A stretch of 64,000 nt of DNA from Octopus sinensis (lineage: Eukaryota), in assembly GCF_006345805.1 (NCBI RefSeq), contig NC_042997.1, positions 158,906,001-158,970,000 on the forward strand. Direction: 5' to 3'. The position numbers and the translations under genes are program-made. Shown piece after piece: positions 30,212 through 42,773 of the stretch; position 1 is the stretch's first letter, and every line of letters starts with the position of its first letter. A model generated the notes under the pieces. The model worked only from the letters and a program-made list of their open reading frames with translations, was not told where the DNA came from and did no database searches.

Positions 30212-31405
30212 ATGAATCTTTCTATGCTGGAGATGTAAGAATTTCATGTACCATTTTCGAGGGTGACTCTTTTGTCTAGCCTTAATACCTCTCTTGAAAT
30301 TGCTCAATGATGTACAATACTGCTATTAAAATTTTGATAAAAATATAAATCATCTCTTTTACAGGGATGATTTAAAGCTCTTTGCAAAAAATTACCAACA
30401 ACTACAGGGCTTATTAGCAATTGTTAAATATTTCTGTAATGACATGAGCATGGAATTTCGCCTCGATAAATGTGCGAAAGTTACATCTAACAGAAGGAAA
30501 ATGACAGAAACGTTCAACGATAATCTTGACCAACAGAATGTCATAAAGGTGTTAGAACTAGCAGATAGCTACAAATACCTAGGGATAATTGAAGGGAACG
30601 GAATCAAACATGCAGTGATGAGGGAAAGGGTCAGAAGAGAATTTTATCGCAGGTTGGGAGCAATACTGACGACAGAGATGAATGCAAGAAACAGAATCGA
30701 AGCAAGCAGTGCTTTAGTCATACCAGTAGTGACTAACAGTTCCAATAGCATTAACTGGTCAACTACTGAAATATGTAATCTTGACAGAAAGATACGAAAA
30801 TTGTTGGCAATTCATAGAATGCACCAGCCTAGGACAGATATGGAACGACATTACCTGCCAAGAAAAGAGGATGGCAATGGACTTTTACAACTGGAACTAA
30901 CAATGAAGATTGCCACAATTGACTTGAGCACCTAACTTGAAAACCTCTGATGACTGGAAGTCAAAACATGAAAAGAAGAAAATATTATATTCAGCAACAA
31001 AACAGGCAAAGAAATATCTAAGTGAATTCCAAATACAACAAATCCCAGAATTAGACGTAATGGAAACAAGCATAGAAAAAGTTAAGCGAAAATCCTGTGC
31101 TAAAACTGCCGCCTTAGATATTCTTATTGATAAATGATAAGAAAAACCTCTCAATGGCAAATACCCAAAGAGAGCTGATAATGCCGATGTTGACAAAGCC
31201 TTTATCTATCAATGGTTAGTGACTTTTGACTGAAAATCAGAGACAGATGGGTTTATCATAGGAGCCCAAGATCAATGCCTACCTACAAGGAGCTACGAGG
31301 CCAACATATTAAAGAACGGCAGCAACCCAACATAACGTGTATGTAAACAACAAAATGAAACCATCGATCATGTTGTCTCCATGTGCAGTCGTCTTGCACC
31401 TACAG
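30212..31405 (+). mobile_element. R4/Dong-like (RLE-clade) non-LTR retrotransposon fragment
   Basis: Peptides TIFEGDS, HLFYRDDLKLFAK, MEFRLDKCAKV and YKYLGIIE, plus a CCHC-type remnant (..VCKQQNETIDHVVSMC). Frameshifted. Confidence 0.85.
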
Positions 31406-31439
31406 ACAGCTTTTGTGGAAGATGTCTAGTTGGTTTAAT

Positions 31440-31895
31440 GTGTCGTTTTTAGGGTATCCACAATTCTGAGACATACAAGAGAGTAGTTAAAATGGCTGCT
31501 TTATAGACCTGTAATTTGGTGTCAAGTTTGATGCCCCTTTCATTCCTTAGACGATGATGGAGTTTGCCAAATGCGATGGTTGTCTTTGTAAGACGGTTGA
31601 CGAATTCATCGTCAAGGGAAGCATTCGAAGTCACTTTACAACCAAGATGTGTAAGCGACTTCGCATAATTTAGATTTTTCCCATCAACTTGTATACGAGT
31701 ATCAAGAAAATTGTGAACCGGTGGTCTCTGCTTGATACTTCGAATTTGTTTAAGAGTAGGGCAAGGTTGGTGAGTTACTTCTGTCTTCTTTATGCTGATG
31801 ATCAAACCAAAGGCTTTACATGCAGCAGAGAACCGGTCTAGAAGTTCCTGAGCTTCCTCTAAGGAGGTCGCTACTAGTGCAGGAGCATCTGCGAA
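31440..31895 (-). mobile_element. RTE-like LINE RT fragment
   Basis: Peptides FADAPALVA, AFGLIISIKKTEV, LTHLG and KLDTKLQVYKAAILTTLLY. Confidence 0.85.
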
Positions 31896-31898
31896 AAT

Positions 31899-31932
<34 letters not shown>

Positions 31933-32165
31933 AGGTAGAAAACATTATAGAAATAACACGTGACTCATCCTTACAAATTATAATTTTTCGAATCCACCGC
32001 GCAAGCGCAGTTTCAATCGGCAGCAAATAAAAATTACGATTGAACTTCAGAAATTGCTAGAATCATTTCTTAAATTTATATAGGGTACATAAAAATTATA
32101 GAAATATTTTTCTACCAGTGGCCTAGTATGTATACAAAGGTCAATAGACATATTTTACATATAAC

Positions 32166-32371
32166 AATTAGTGTACATTTATACACAAAGAGGCAAGCTT
32201 TTAACAGGTTCCCTAACATATTGGTCCAGCTGTAAAACATGGTAAATGTTTTTATTTTTCATTCCCTTCGAAATTGCTCTTAACTGTTGTTTGGACTCTT
32301 TGACTGTTTTTTCTAGTATGTTAGGCAACCTGTTAAAGGCTTGCCTCGTTGTGTATAAATGTACACTAATT
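32166..32371. repeat. Inverted repeat with ~55-bp arms around a PLE-type spacer
   Basis: 32166-32220 is approximately the reverse complement of 32317-32371. The spacer shares atggtaaatgttttta.ttttcattcc with 33481-33510. Confidence 0.8.
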
Positions 32372-32802
32372 TACATATATCCACATATGTATGTATGTAT
32401 CTATCATTATAATATATCAGATTTACAATAAAGAAGCCTTTGTTTTTGTTTTTTTAGGAAAACAACGCCATTCCATATCATTTCCTTTACAGTATAACTA
32501 AGAGTGGAGGAGAAACGTTCAAGTCAGACTGTAAAGTTATCGCTGAAACATTTTTGGCTTGTGTTGCTACCTCTCATCTCCAGATAGGTTGATGCCCGTT
32601 TAAGGAAACGCGTTATTAAATTCAAACTAAATTAAACGTCATTCTCTAAAGTAGGGGTCCATAACCATCAGCCAGTGGAACAGTAACAGACTGTGGGTCA
32701 TTTGGTATCTGGCTGCACAGAAAGAATAAATTTTAAAATGTTATTTCTAATTTATTGGCTTTCGCTGTCTGCAATTTTTTTACTGCATTATATATGTAAT
32801 GT

Positions 32803-33104
32803 GGAGACGTAATGGCCCAGTGGTTAGGGCAGCGGAATCGCGGTCATAGGATCGTGGTTTCGATTCCCAGAGCGGGCATTGTGAGTTTTTATTGAGCGAA
32901 AACACCTAAAGCTCCACGAGGCTCCGACAGGGGGGGCGATCTCTGCTGTACTCTTTCGTCACAACTTTCGCTGTTTCTTCTGTTGGCCTGCTCGCTTAGC
33001 CAGCGGGGTGGCGTCATTTGAAGGCTAAAACAATGCGAAGCGTATTGTGACCAGCGATGTGCAGCAACATCTGATAGCCTGGTCGGTCACGGTGAACACG
33101 GTGA
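32803..33104 (+). mobile_element. tRNA-derived SINE, family C
   Basis: A-box tggcccagtgg and B-box ggtttcgattcc. Homologous to 54344 and 54668. Confidence 0.85.
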
Positions 33105-33110
33105 TATATG

Positions 33111-33149
<39 letters not shown>

Positions 33150-33241
33150 CATAATAAAATAGGGTCATTATAAATTATTATTACCAGTGGCTTAGCACAA
33201 AAAACGAATTAGTCATTAGATTATATATTATTCATATAGAA

Positions 33242-33567
33242 ATACAATAAGAGGCTTCCAAATAGGAAAGCGTTGTGCTAGAACACAAAAAGGGATAAAT
33301 TCACAAAAGGAATGAAAATTAAAAACATTTACCATCTCAACTATATCCCAGACCGTTAGCTCTACATGTGGATCTAGCAGTCTGTACGTCAGGATTATGA
33401 AGGCTGTCCCACTGAAGAAACTTGCCTTCAGCAAATATTTTTGCTGGAAATAGAAACCGTCCGTCTGGGATATAGTTGAGATGGTAAATGTTTTTAATTT
33501 TCATTCCTTTCGTAAATTTATCCTTTTTTGTGTTCTAGCACAACACTTTCCTATTTGGAAGCCTCCT

Positions 33568-33574
<7 letters not shown>
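33242..33574. repeat. Inverted repeat with 112-bp arms enclosing a hammerhead
   Basis: 33242-33353 is approximately the reverse complement of 33463-33574. Confidence 0.85.
33407..33470 (+). ncRNA. Type I hammerhead motif with extended helix II
   Basis: Reads UCCCA-CUGAAGA-[...CAGCAAA/UUUGCUG hairpin...]-GAAAC-CGUCC-GUC-UGGGA. Helix I is a perfect 5 bp, but the base of helix II is poorly paired. Confidence 0.5.
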
Positions 33575-33626
<52 letters not shown>

Positions 33627-33974
33627 TGAAATGAATAAATGAATTATCTTGTTAAGGATTATTCAAAATTTAACCGATACCTGGGTAGCAAAAATCACAA
33701 CAGAAAAAACACGGTTGAAGTTACGACCTTGGGGTGGATAATTGAAGTTTAATATATTTAGTGAAGGGAAGAAATGGAGCTGAACGAAGATTCTACACAA
33801 TTCCTTTTATTATTTTCTACACATGTTTCAAAGGCCGCAAATTTCCAAATTCGGACTGAATAAGGAGACCATTTTGCAGCTTTATATATATATATATATA
33901 CACACACCGGAGTAAACACATAAATGTGAAACAAGGTGGAAAAAAGAGTACTCAAATACCAGTGGTAGAGTAAT

Positions 33975-34138
33975 ATGCTTTATTTAAACCAACAGAAAAT
34001 TCAACAAAACCTGTTACTCTGAGTTTCCTGTTGCTGTTCATCGGACAGTTTTTTCTAGCAAAAACTGTCCGATGAACGGCAACGGGAAACTCAGAGTAAC
34101 AGGTTTTGTTGAATTTTCTGCTGCTTTAAATAAAGTAT
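33975..34138. repeat. Fold-back palindrome with ~80-bp arms
   Basis: Arms meet at about 34055-34059, with roughly 5 mismatches. Confidence 0.85.
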
Positions 34139-34139
34139 G

Positions 34140-34392
34140 CGTTCTTGAGCAAAGCACTTTATTTCACGTTGCTCCAGTTCACTCAGCTGTAGAAATGAGT
34201 TGCGACGTTACTGGTGCCAAGCTGTATCGACCTTTGTCTTTCCCTTGAATAACACTGGTGGCGTGGAGAGGGGAGGCTGGTATGCATGGGCGACTGCTGG
34301 TCTTCCATAAACAACCTTGCCCGGACTTGTGTCTAGGAGGGTAGCTTTCTAGGTGCAATCCCATGGTCATTCATGACCGAAGGGGGTCTTTA
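34140..34392 (+). mobile_element. SINE family D, 5'-truncated
   Basis: Homology to the 23835 and 11421 copies. Confidence 0.75.
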
Positions 34393-34424
34393 CCCTTTTT
34401 TTTAATATATATAACTTAGAATAA

Positions 34425-34965
34425 ATAACTTAGAAAGATTTTGGCCAGTATTGGCCCAGGCCATGTGTAACTTAATAGCACTACCTGGCGAAGTCTTTCA
34501 ATTCAGGATTTGGGCACCGAGGCCCATTCGAGCAGAGAGTTATTGTTTGCGGAGACATATCCGGTGTGGGTGGTTTGTCCGGGACTGTTTGAAGGAATTT
34601 GTCCAAAGACTTCTTAAATTTTGTGTGGTCAGTTTCTTTTTTTGACGTGTCCTGGTGTAATATTGAAGAGAGCGGGTCCAATTAAGGTGGAATAGTTGTG
34701 CCGTATTGTCGTTATGTGATGCGATTTAGATTTTTGTTGTGGACGCATGGCACGTGGTCCAAGCCCTGGATTTATTTTGAAGGTGATGCCAACATCATTC
34801 GGACAGTGCTGATGGAATATTTTCCACATCATACAGATAATGTAGCGTTCACGGCGTCGTTGGAGTGAATATAGTTTCAGCTTCTCTAGTCTACCCCAGT
34901 AGTCAAGGTTTGACATGCCATCTATCTTTTTTGTGATTGACCTTTGGGGAGCTTCAATTCTCATA
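34425..34965 (-). mobile_element. CR1/Jockey-group LINE 3' end
   Basis: Peptide EAPQRSITKKIDGMSNLDYWGRLEKLKLYSLQRRRERY is typical of the CR1-group ORF2 C-terminus. Confidence 0.8.
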
Positions 34966-35511
34966 ATATTTTGTTTTGTGTGTATATATATATATATCAT
35001 ATATGTAACAATTGTGTGGCCGCATGGCGCGGTATTTATGATGTTGCATGCGAGATTGTGGTTTCAATTCTTGGACTAGTGGTGCGTTATGATCTTGAGC
35101 AAAACACTTACCTAATGTTGTTCTACGATCACTTCAACACCTGATGTGTGGTACACTGTGCACTTCTTCAGGCAACATGGTGTTGATTGGGGTGGGAATG
35201 AGCAAATGTACAGCACATACATATGATCACTATACAACATCATTTGTGCATGTCGTTCAGCAAAAGATTGTTGCAGAACCATTATTCTTAGTCGACAAAA
35301 GACTACCATCATATGTAATAATTATATTATATTATGCGCGTTATTGTGTTTTGTTATACACATCACCCTCTGATCCGTGGGCAAAATTACCTTACATTTA
35401 ACCCGGCCTGTGGAGTCCGCTGTTGTAAGGCATGCGACCTTCTGAAAAAGCATAAATACAGAATGAAAATACAAAGGGGAAATGAAATACTTTTTGAGAC
35501 TTTTAAACATA

Positions 35512-36800
35512 CGAGGGGCATTCAATAAGTAATGCCCCTGATCCACTTGTAGTTGTTCGATCTAGCTGAGATTTTGCATGTGCACTTACTTATATCACTA
35601 TAGATTAAGTGGCAAATTACAGCTCTAAACTAATTGTGGTTTCTGATTTACAGGTGTTTGAACTGAGTCAAGTGTAAATGGAGTCTATTGAATGTCGAGC
35701 AGTGATCCGGTTTTTGTATTTGAAAGGACGCACACCACGGGAGACTTTTGATGAAATGAAAGTAACTTATTGTTATAATGCCCCATCATATGACCTTGTA
35801 AAACGCTGGCATCGTGAATTCAAACATGGTTGGAACTCTGTGGAAACAGCTCCCAGATCTGGTCGCCCCCTTTTGCCATTGATGAGGCATCTGTCCGTCA
35901 AGTTGAGGCTGCCATTTTGGAAGATCGACGCATAACTATGCGCAAAATAGCCCATGAGGTCAAGATTAGTACCGGGTCTGTGGAAACTATCATTCATGAC
36001 CATTTGCATATGCAAAAGGTTTTCTGCCAGATGGATTCCCAGGTTGCTCACATCTTTCCAGAAACAAGAACGCGTCGATTGCTCGAGGATGAATTTGGAG
36101 ATGTGCCAAGAAGATGAGTCAAAATTTTTCAAAAGACTGATTACACATGATGAAACTTGGGTCCATCACTATGATCCAGAGACCAAAGCCCAGTCAATGC
36201 AGTGGAAGCACCGTGACTCCCCTCCTCCAAAGAAGGCAAGGGTGCAGCCCTCTGCTGGCAAGGTCATGCTCAGTCTTCTGGGACTAGGACGGAGTAGTGA
36301 TGACAGATTTCCTGGCAAATCGTGCCACAATTACAGGAGCCTATTATGCTTCACTTTTGAGGAAATTAAGAGAAGCTATCAAAATCAAGAGGCGGGGCAA
36401 GATCAGCAAAGGCATCCTCCTCCTGCAGGACAACGCTCCAGTCCACAACTCGCGTGTCGCCAGATCAGAAGCACAGGCGTGCGGCTATGAACTCCTCCCC
36501 CATCCCCCTACTCTTCTGACCTTGCACCTTCTGATTTTCACCTCTTCCCAACCATGAAGTTGTTTTTGAAAGGAAAGTGTTTCCCAGATGATGCAGCCTT
36601 GATTTCTGAAGTCACGTCGTGGCTGGAGGACCAAGCTGGTGTCTTCTACAGAAACGGTCTTCAGAGCTGCATCAAACGATGAGAGAAATGTGTAACTCTG
36701 GGTGGTTCCTATGTAGAAAAAGACTAATAACTGTGCCAAGTTTCGTTGCTCTACTGCTATGGGAAGTGGGTCAGGGGCATTACTTATTGAACGCCCCTCG
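35512..36800 (+). mobile_element. Full-length defective mariner (DD34D) transposon
   Basis: ~37-bp TIRs (cgaggggcRttcaataagtaatgcccctgaYccactt) and TA TSD at 35510-11 and 36801-02; 1289 bp long. Confidence 0.95.
35678..36729 (+). pseudogene. Frameshifted mariner transposase
   Basis: Motifs MESIECRAVIRFL, ARWIPRLL, THDETWVHHYDPE, LQDNAP and PYSSDLAPSDFHLF are split over several frames, with a stop in the C-terminal part. Confidence 0.9.
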
Positions 36801-37099
36801 TACATGTATTATAGAATAAGGGATATGCACCAAAATTTTCGAGCACTCGACACGGATTCATTTCTTCATTCAAGAACTCTAAAGTCTATTTCATTGCTAA
36901 TACTCATGAAATTCTCATAATCTTATTTATACCCAACTATAAATGGGATGCTTTGTACCTTACATAAGAAATCGATAGTGCATTTCATTGGATAGAGAAC
37001 GAAATAACTTCTTAAACGCAATCCTTCTTTGTATCTGATGTAATCCTACCGTATTTAGAAACCATTGACAAGACGAATCTAGGGATATTGGTTCATTCC

Positions 37100-37212
37100 G
37101 TTCAATCTTATGCACGCACACACACACATATATATATATAATTATATATGCACACATATACATTTATATATACACATATATATACTTATATATATATATT
37201 ATATATATATAT

Positions 37213-37248
<36 letters not shown>

Positions 37249-37327
37249 ATATATATATATATGTATGTACATATGCATACATATTCATATATATATACAT
37301 ACATTTACATATATATATATAAGTGTG

Positions 37328-37361
<34 letters not shown>

Positions 37362-37937
37362 CACACACACATATATATATACTTATGTATGTATATATAT
37401 ATATATATATATATTATATATGTATATATGTATGTATGTATGTATGCATGCATGTATGTATGCATGTATGTATGTATGTCCACAGAGATACAGACGTAGT
37501 GAAGTTTTTCAAGTGGTCTTATATGAAACTCTCCGTATATTGTCTTTTTCTCTTCAGTGTCTCTCTCTTTCTACCCCCCTCTCTCTCTTACTCCCTCTCT
37601 CTCTTTCTCTCTCTTTTCTCTCTTTCTCTCTCTTCTCTCTCTTTCCCATCATACACATTCGCACACACAAATAAACTTAGCTTTATGCACCGTTCGTTGG
37701 AGGAGAGCAATTCTTCAAAGTAAAATGTACTCGTTTACGTGCCGTTTGCGTCGGTAATATACAATTCATTTGTGTAAGGAAAGACATTTTTGTAATTTGA
37801 AGTAAATCTCTCCTGCTTTCCTTTCCATTGTATGGTAAATCTGAAAGATCTCATAATTCCATACAAACATAGAGATGAGATGCAGAGTAGTATATGAACA
37901 GTCAATTTTACATAATCAACAAAATATATGTGTATAT

Positions 37938-38008
<71 letters not shown>

Positions 38009-38035
38009 TATACACACATATATATATACATATAC

Positions 38036-38088
<53 letters not shown>

Positions 38089-38290
38089 CACATATATATA
38101 TACATATATATACATTTATATATTCATATTCATATATATACATATATACACACACCCATGTATATATGTGTGTGTGTATGTGTGTGTGGAGAGAGAGATA
38201 GACACTAAAATATATACATAACTGCAAGCGCAAATGTATCTACAACTGCATATGCATGTATGTATGCATGTATGTATGTATGTATGTATG

Positions 38291-38322
<32 letters not shown>

Positions 38323-38325
38323 TGT
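37100..38325. repeat. Compound TA/TATG/CT microsatellite blocks (37100-37480, 37560-37625, 37925-38325)
   Basis: Direct reading. Confidence 0.9.
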
Positions 38326-39361
38326 GAAGTATCAACCAGCATATCAAGGAATTCTTCTTGAGCGACGACTTTAACTTCCGAAGTACTGAATACCCCCACG
38401 GACACATTCACAAAGTTGTCATCGCATGCAAAAATACTTGAAGTATTTTAACCCTATTATGCTTTGTAGGAAACAAATTATATTCCAAACAACCAAAGTA
38501 AATTCATTTTAGATCTCTGCTTCACAAACAATTTGGATCTCATCCATAATGTGAAGATAGCCCTTAGGATTTTCTCAGATCATAACCTTATATAGCTTAC
38601 AACGTTCTGCTCACAGATCAATGAATACCGCAGACAAACATTCGGGAAGAAAGAAATGAGATCTGTCCTGCTTAAAGTTTTACAAAGCTGGCTAGAAATC
38701 TATTCATAAAGGTATTCTTAGGCAGGACTTGCTAGAAAACTCTGAGCACAAGAGACTTGAAAATTTTGAACAGTGGCTTTATGATATTTTAAATGAAAAA
38801 GATGTATTCAGCTATACAAACAGAGACTCTAACTAAGCCACGCTAACGGTAGAGAACTCTCTGGGGCAATTAAGATCCCGGGTGATGTTGCAAACTTACA
38901 TCAATACATTAATTCAATTAACGTAAAAACAAATGGGTTGAAGAAAATACCAAATAATTTAACGCTTGAAAGTTCGAACATCTTCCCTACCAGCACAGGA
39001 CACATTCTATGCAAATTATATACAGCGGATTTCCAACACGCCGGACACTAACCCGAAATTCTTGAGGGTCATGCTAATGTTAGACAGTCGTTGAATCTAC
39101 ACTAGGTTCATCCGTCCTTTGACAAGTCTTGTTTTTAGTCCTACTGCTTTTGGTCTGGCAACTCTCTTCATCAGGCAAACCTAGTGGAGTTGCCAGTTTA
39201 GTCGCCGACAACCGCCCATGCGACAAGTTTTACTGGATTCCGTGATATCAGAAGTACTCATGAGAGGCATTACAACTGATCTGACTTATTATACTTACAC
39301 ACACACACACCACACACACACATACATGTATATATATTCTTTATTCTTTTTATTATTTTAT

Positions 39362-39548
39362 TTGTTTCATTTATTTGACAGCGGTCATGCTGGAGCACCG
39401 GCTTTAATCGAACAAATCGATCCCAGGACTTGTACTTTGTAAGCCTAGTACTTATTCTATCGGTCTCTTTGCCGAACCACTGAGTTACGGAGACGTAATC
39501 ACACCAGCATCGGTTGTCAAGCGGTGGTGGGAGAACAAACACAGACAC

Positions 39549-39592
<44 letters not shown>

Positions 39593-40086
39593 AAACAGGC
39601 TTCTTTATGTTTCAGTCTACCAAATACACTCACAAGGCTTTGGTCGGCCCGAGGCTATAGTAGAAGCCACTTACACAAGCTGCTACGCAGTGGGACTGGA
39701 CCCGGAGTCATGTGGTTGGGAAACAAGCTACTTACCATACAGCCATCCATGCGCCTATACATAGCAATATATATATATATATGAGTACAGGACGTTACAA
39801 ACCGTAGACAACATGAAATACGAAAACAAATGAGTTTAATACGCAAACAACAAGAGAAACGAATGGAAAACAGGACAAGTAACATAAAAAAACGACCCTT
39901 CATCAGTTGTCGGCTGTCTATCTACTCCTTATTTCGAGCTGTTTCCATCTACCAAATTCACTCACAAAGCTTTGGTCGGTCCTGAAGCTATAGCAGAAGA
40001 CACTCGCCCAAGCTGCCACGCAGTGGGACTGAACCTGAAACCATGTGGTTGGGAAGCTTCTTACCACATAGCCACGCCTGCGCCTA
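39362..40086 (-). mobile_element. Two SINE family B copies (39362-39756; 39946-40086) flanking a PLE-type fragment (about 39782-39945)
   Basis: Homology to 4450-4845. The intervening fragment contains CUGAUGA and GAAA segments on the minus strand. Confidence 0.75.
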
Positions 40087-40700
40087 TATGTGCTTGTGTT
40101 TATGTGAGCGTGTGTGTGTGTTAAAACGTCTTCTTTGCTTCATTTATTCTCACTGCCTACACTCAGTCCATAGTTTAACTTATGTAAAAGACTGGTCTTT
40201 GTATATCTGTTCTCTGGAAAGCATGCTCACTCAAAATTCATTCTCTTTATTTTTTCCCTTCTTGTCCTAAAATCCTATTAACAGAGAATGTCTGCGTTCT
40301 TGCAATTAAGTGTCCATTGTGTCTTTCTTCAAACATATCTCTTTTGCTATTATTTCTGAAATGTTTACTGATAACCTGTACACCACAATCATAATATTGT
40401 TTTAGGAGCTGAGCTTCTTGGCGAGTTGGTGAGATTTGTTATCTTCGATGTGACATGACAGACGGAACATATATTTTTAGACAAAGACGTCAATTAACAT
40501 ACCTAGCAGCGCGCAAACTTTACATATATTACAGACATGAAGACACATATATTCATACCGATTGTTCGTTACACTGCACACAAATATTTGTTTTACGTGC
40601 AAATATACATCAGAAAGCCAGTGCCGTGCTTCTATGTCTTCTAGAATTAAACGAAAGTGAAGAATAGTCCACAAGCGTTCGTCGTGTTAAGACGAGAGCC

Positions 40701-40739
40701 ATTTAGATGTTTCGATGATTATCCATCTCATCAGTTGTC
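40701..40739 (-). ncRNA. Hammerhead core, probably decayed
   Basis: Minus strand reads CUGAUGA-GAUG-GAUAAU-CAUC-GAAA-CA-UC. The core and helix II are perfect, but helix I barely pairs. Confidence 0.45.
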
Positions 40740-40938
40740 ATGAGCTGAAAGCAGTTCTTTTGTTAGTCAGGCACTTTGAATATTATATCTGTCTATGGTG
40801 GTTGACATCTAAAATGGTATTGGCAAGACAAAAGGATAAAATGAGAACTTTATGCGCAACCTCAAAATAATTCTCGTTAGTTACTTTCTTTTGTTATTGT
40901 TTATACGACTAATAACACATTCAGCATATGTATTTATG

Positions 40939-40974
<36 letters not shown>

Positions 40975-41004
40975 TATATATAATATATATATATATTATA
41001 TATA

Positions 41005-41053
<49 letters not shown>

Positions 41054-41513
41054 ATATATACACGTATATAGTTATTTATTTATTTATTATTGTTATGTTT
41101 TGTGGGTAGAAATTTTAAAAAGTTTGAGAGCTATCCCCTACTTTTATAAACTTCTTTGATAGTAAGTGGTTGCCCGGAACGTTCGGCCCTTGATTCATTC
41201 TGTAAATTCTGCTGATTAAAAACAATAACAATAATAACTAGCTAGAGATTTATAGCTTGATGATATATAGATAGATCGATAGATACAACACATAGCCGAT
41301 ATATATATATATATATATATAGCTTATAAAATATAGGTATGTTTTTATAAGCTATTTATAAATTTAACCTTTAAAGGTATTTTTTGATATGCCGGCCATT
41401 GATAAAATGTTTTTCTTTCGAAAAAAATCTTATCCTACATTAGTTATATATATATATAGATAGATATATATATAGGGAGAATTCACCAAAAAAACATATA
41501 TATTTGAAAGAAT

Positions 41514-41581
41514 TAGAGATGGCTTCCTTGGGGGGATAATTTTTATTCTTAAGATAAAAATTACCTCCTAAGCCATCTCTA
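41514..41581. repeat. Short inverted repeat between (TA)n tracts
   Basis: tagagatggctt...ataattttta-ttcttaaga-taaaaattac...aagccatctcta. Confidence 0.7.
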
Positions 41582-41637
41582 CTCATTTTACAATATATAA
41601 TTCTGTACCAAGAACTTTCTTTTTATCATTCTACTAA

Positions 41638-41737
<100 letters not shown>

Positions 41738-42773
41738 TATATATATATATATATAATATACTAAATCAAATATAATGCAGTTGAATCTCCGGGAACTAAG
41801 AACAAATGAAAACATGCTTTTTGTGAAGTGCCTGTATATGAGGACAATATGTGCGTATGGGTGTACGGTGGATTTGTTCAAGAAATACACACAATATACA
41901 TTTATACATACATGCATATATATAGAGAGAGAGATAGAGGGGGGAAAGGGGGGTGAATAAGTTACTAAAATACCAGCATATATTAGTATCCAGTTCCCTA
42001 ATTTAGAAAAGCAAAACCAATTTAGTTCCTGCTAGCAGCACAATGTATTGACACATTATATTGGAATCTACAGGAAGGAAATATATTTATTTTCGTTAGT
42101 CTTCTACTAACTCAGTGGGAAATGTCTTGTGTTTATTAGATGCCTTAGGATAACAGACTTGCAATGTTCCCAGGGTTATACTTGGTGGTCAGCAAGTTTA
42201 TTCAAACAATCTCCTAGTTATATGCTTTAGTATTGTTATGTTATTGATTCTCTTGCATACAAGCACGCACGTATAGACAGACAGACAAACAGATAGACAG
42301 GCAAGCAGACATACAGACAGATAGAAAGATAGATAGATTGAGAGATTTTGAGATTGTCAATATTGGGCGAGTCTCATCCAGCTAAAAATGTATGAGTTAC
42401 ATAGTTAGGCATTGTACAATGAACAGATTAGTATTTATCTGTTAGCATCTGGACATAAAAGTTACCATTGGCTGTGTCGTCGAAGGAGATATATACAACT
42501 ATAATTCGAACTGCAGCCCAAACACATGATCCGAGACAGGTTACGCCTGTTTTGTGAAGGTTATCTGTAGCATGAAATAGGTTATACCGGTGGATGATGA
42601 CCTCATTAAGATAACAAGTCTTATGTGATGAAATTATTCGATCAATTATGAAAGAACTGCACGACAAGCAAAATCATTTAGTGTTTATAAACATCTAAGG
42701 ATTAAGTGATATTTCAGAATGCTACGCAATTAATAATTAGTTGATATTCAATTGCGATGAACAATGCATAAGA

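Noticed and set aside
38330-39110. Possible minus-strand coding relic
   Set aside because: About nine stops in roughly 200 codons and no family motif recognised.
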